64,000 nt of DNA from Hemiscyllium ocellatum (Eukaryota), in assembly GCF_020745735.1 (NCBI RefSeq), contig NC_083435.1, positions 42,842,498 to 42,906,497 of the forward strand, given 5' to 3'. Below are positions 62,631 to 64,000 of this stretch, piece after piece. The first letter of the stretch is position 1; every line of letters starts with the position of its first letter. The notes under the pieces are model-generated. The model searched no databases. It had not been told where the DNA came from and was given only the letters and a program-made list of their open reading frames with translations. The translations under genes were made by a program, and so were the position numbers.

Positions 62631-64000
62631 TCTGATCTAATTGATCACCTTTATCACATCTCCCTACATCTCCACCTATCTGAACTTACCTGCTTTTTCT
62701 AACCTGCTAACTTTCCAACTACTTCTCTTGTTCTTTTCTAATCGTTTCCATTAACTTGATCTTTTATATTTATATGCATTTTTCCTTTGTCCCAGCCTCA
62801 TCCATTCTTTATCTGTTACTGTGTTCTTACTTTCTCGTTAAGTTGTCTGTTAACCATTATATTTTCCCTGCTTTCCCATGTTTCTGTCAAGTCCACCATT
62901 ATCTTCATTCTCTCTTCCTTATCTTTGTAACTCTCTCACTTTTTTTTCTTACACTTGCCCCGAACCAAATCATTTCTGCAACTTTCCATATCTTTTTCTC
63001 CATCTCTCTCTCTCTCTCTCTCTCTCACAATACTTTCGATATTGTATCAATTTGGATTCGAAATATCCTGATCTCGTTCCCTTAAAGGATTTGAAAATAT
63101 AGCAGAGAGGACGACAGTGACACATAGCAGAGATAGAGACAGAGAATTGCTGACAGGAAAAAAATAGAGCAGGAAGATGGAACACAGAGTGAGTGGCAAA
63201 GATTCTAAGACATTAATGAGGATATAGAGAAGGAAATGAAGCAAAACGTGGAGGGCAAAGTAGGAAGCAGTTGGCTGAAGGATTCAGAAAAAAAATGAGT
63301 GATTGCTTCAATTCTGTGTTAATGTATTTCCCTCTTTATGTTTGCTCGCAATATTCATTCATTTTGAAATCTTCTTCCCGACAACTATTGGAGTGGTTAA
63401 CTAGATCTAATAATCTACCAATAGTTAAATGTCTACAATGACGTCCTCTTCATGTTTGGACAATCCTAATTTCACACTACTATGTACAGTGGGACCTTTT
63501 TCAGCAGCATGTTCCTCAGACTTTATGTTTATTGTTGTTGCAGACATAAATACTGTTTAGACATTCAGACTGCAGCCTTCTACGTGCTTGAGGGCATGGG
63601 AGGGCGATGCTTCGTTCCAAAAGCAATCCGGCTCCTTTCGTGCAGTAATAAGAAAAAGAAGTCGAGGGATGAGTCGGTGGTGCTAGGTATTGTTAACTGG
63701 ATTAGAGCTCATGTGAGTGGTGGAGGCTTGAAAGGAGTCTTGGACTTATTAATAACTTAGTACAGCTAAGGAGACCAACAAGCAGCATTTGACTGGTGCA
63801 ACTGTGAATTACTGGAAGTCGAGGCGCATTGCCACTTTCGTGATGCTAAATATCAATACACAAAAGCTGACAGTGTGATCAAGAAAATGCATCAGCTTGT
63901 TATCTCCAGAAACAAGGGGATATGGTCCTGACAAAGAAGAGTGATCCATCAGGATTAAGATGTCAATGAGGCAGTTTCAGTGCGAATCGCTTTCCAAGGA

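Overview
Eukaryotic, repeat-rich vertebrate DNA, almost certainly from an elasmobranch (shark/ray): it carries many HE1-type tRNA-derived SINEs, CR1 LINEs, Penelope-like elements (PLEs) and Gypsy LTR remnants. The host-gene content is a tandem cluster of two-exon GPR139/GPR142-like class A GPCR genes, all on the + strand. One copy is intact (exon 1 12824-12893, exon 2 15159-16060, 323 aa). At least four are disabled: an orphan frameshifted exon 1 at 4428 whose promoter is split by a PLE, a complete pseudogene at 34849-39471, and two exon-2 relics of a second subfamily at about 41500 and 57580. Paralogous flanks, a shared TATA-box promoter and a shared upstream 39-nt repeat block indicate multi-kb unit duplication (birth-and-death evolution). 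Other structure: minimal hammerhead-ribozyme motifs in PLE termini and in short non-autonomous PLE-derived inserts (two with clear target-site duplications, one a hairpin), a Gmr1-type Gypsy element (integrase before RT) inside a 39-bp minisatellite, and two local inverted duplications (one 231 bp and nearly perfect). All alignments were done by eye; boundaries of decayed repeats are approximate.
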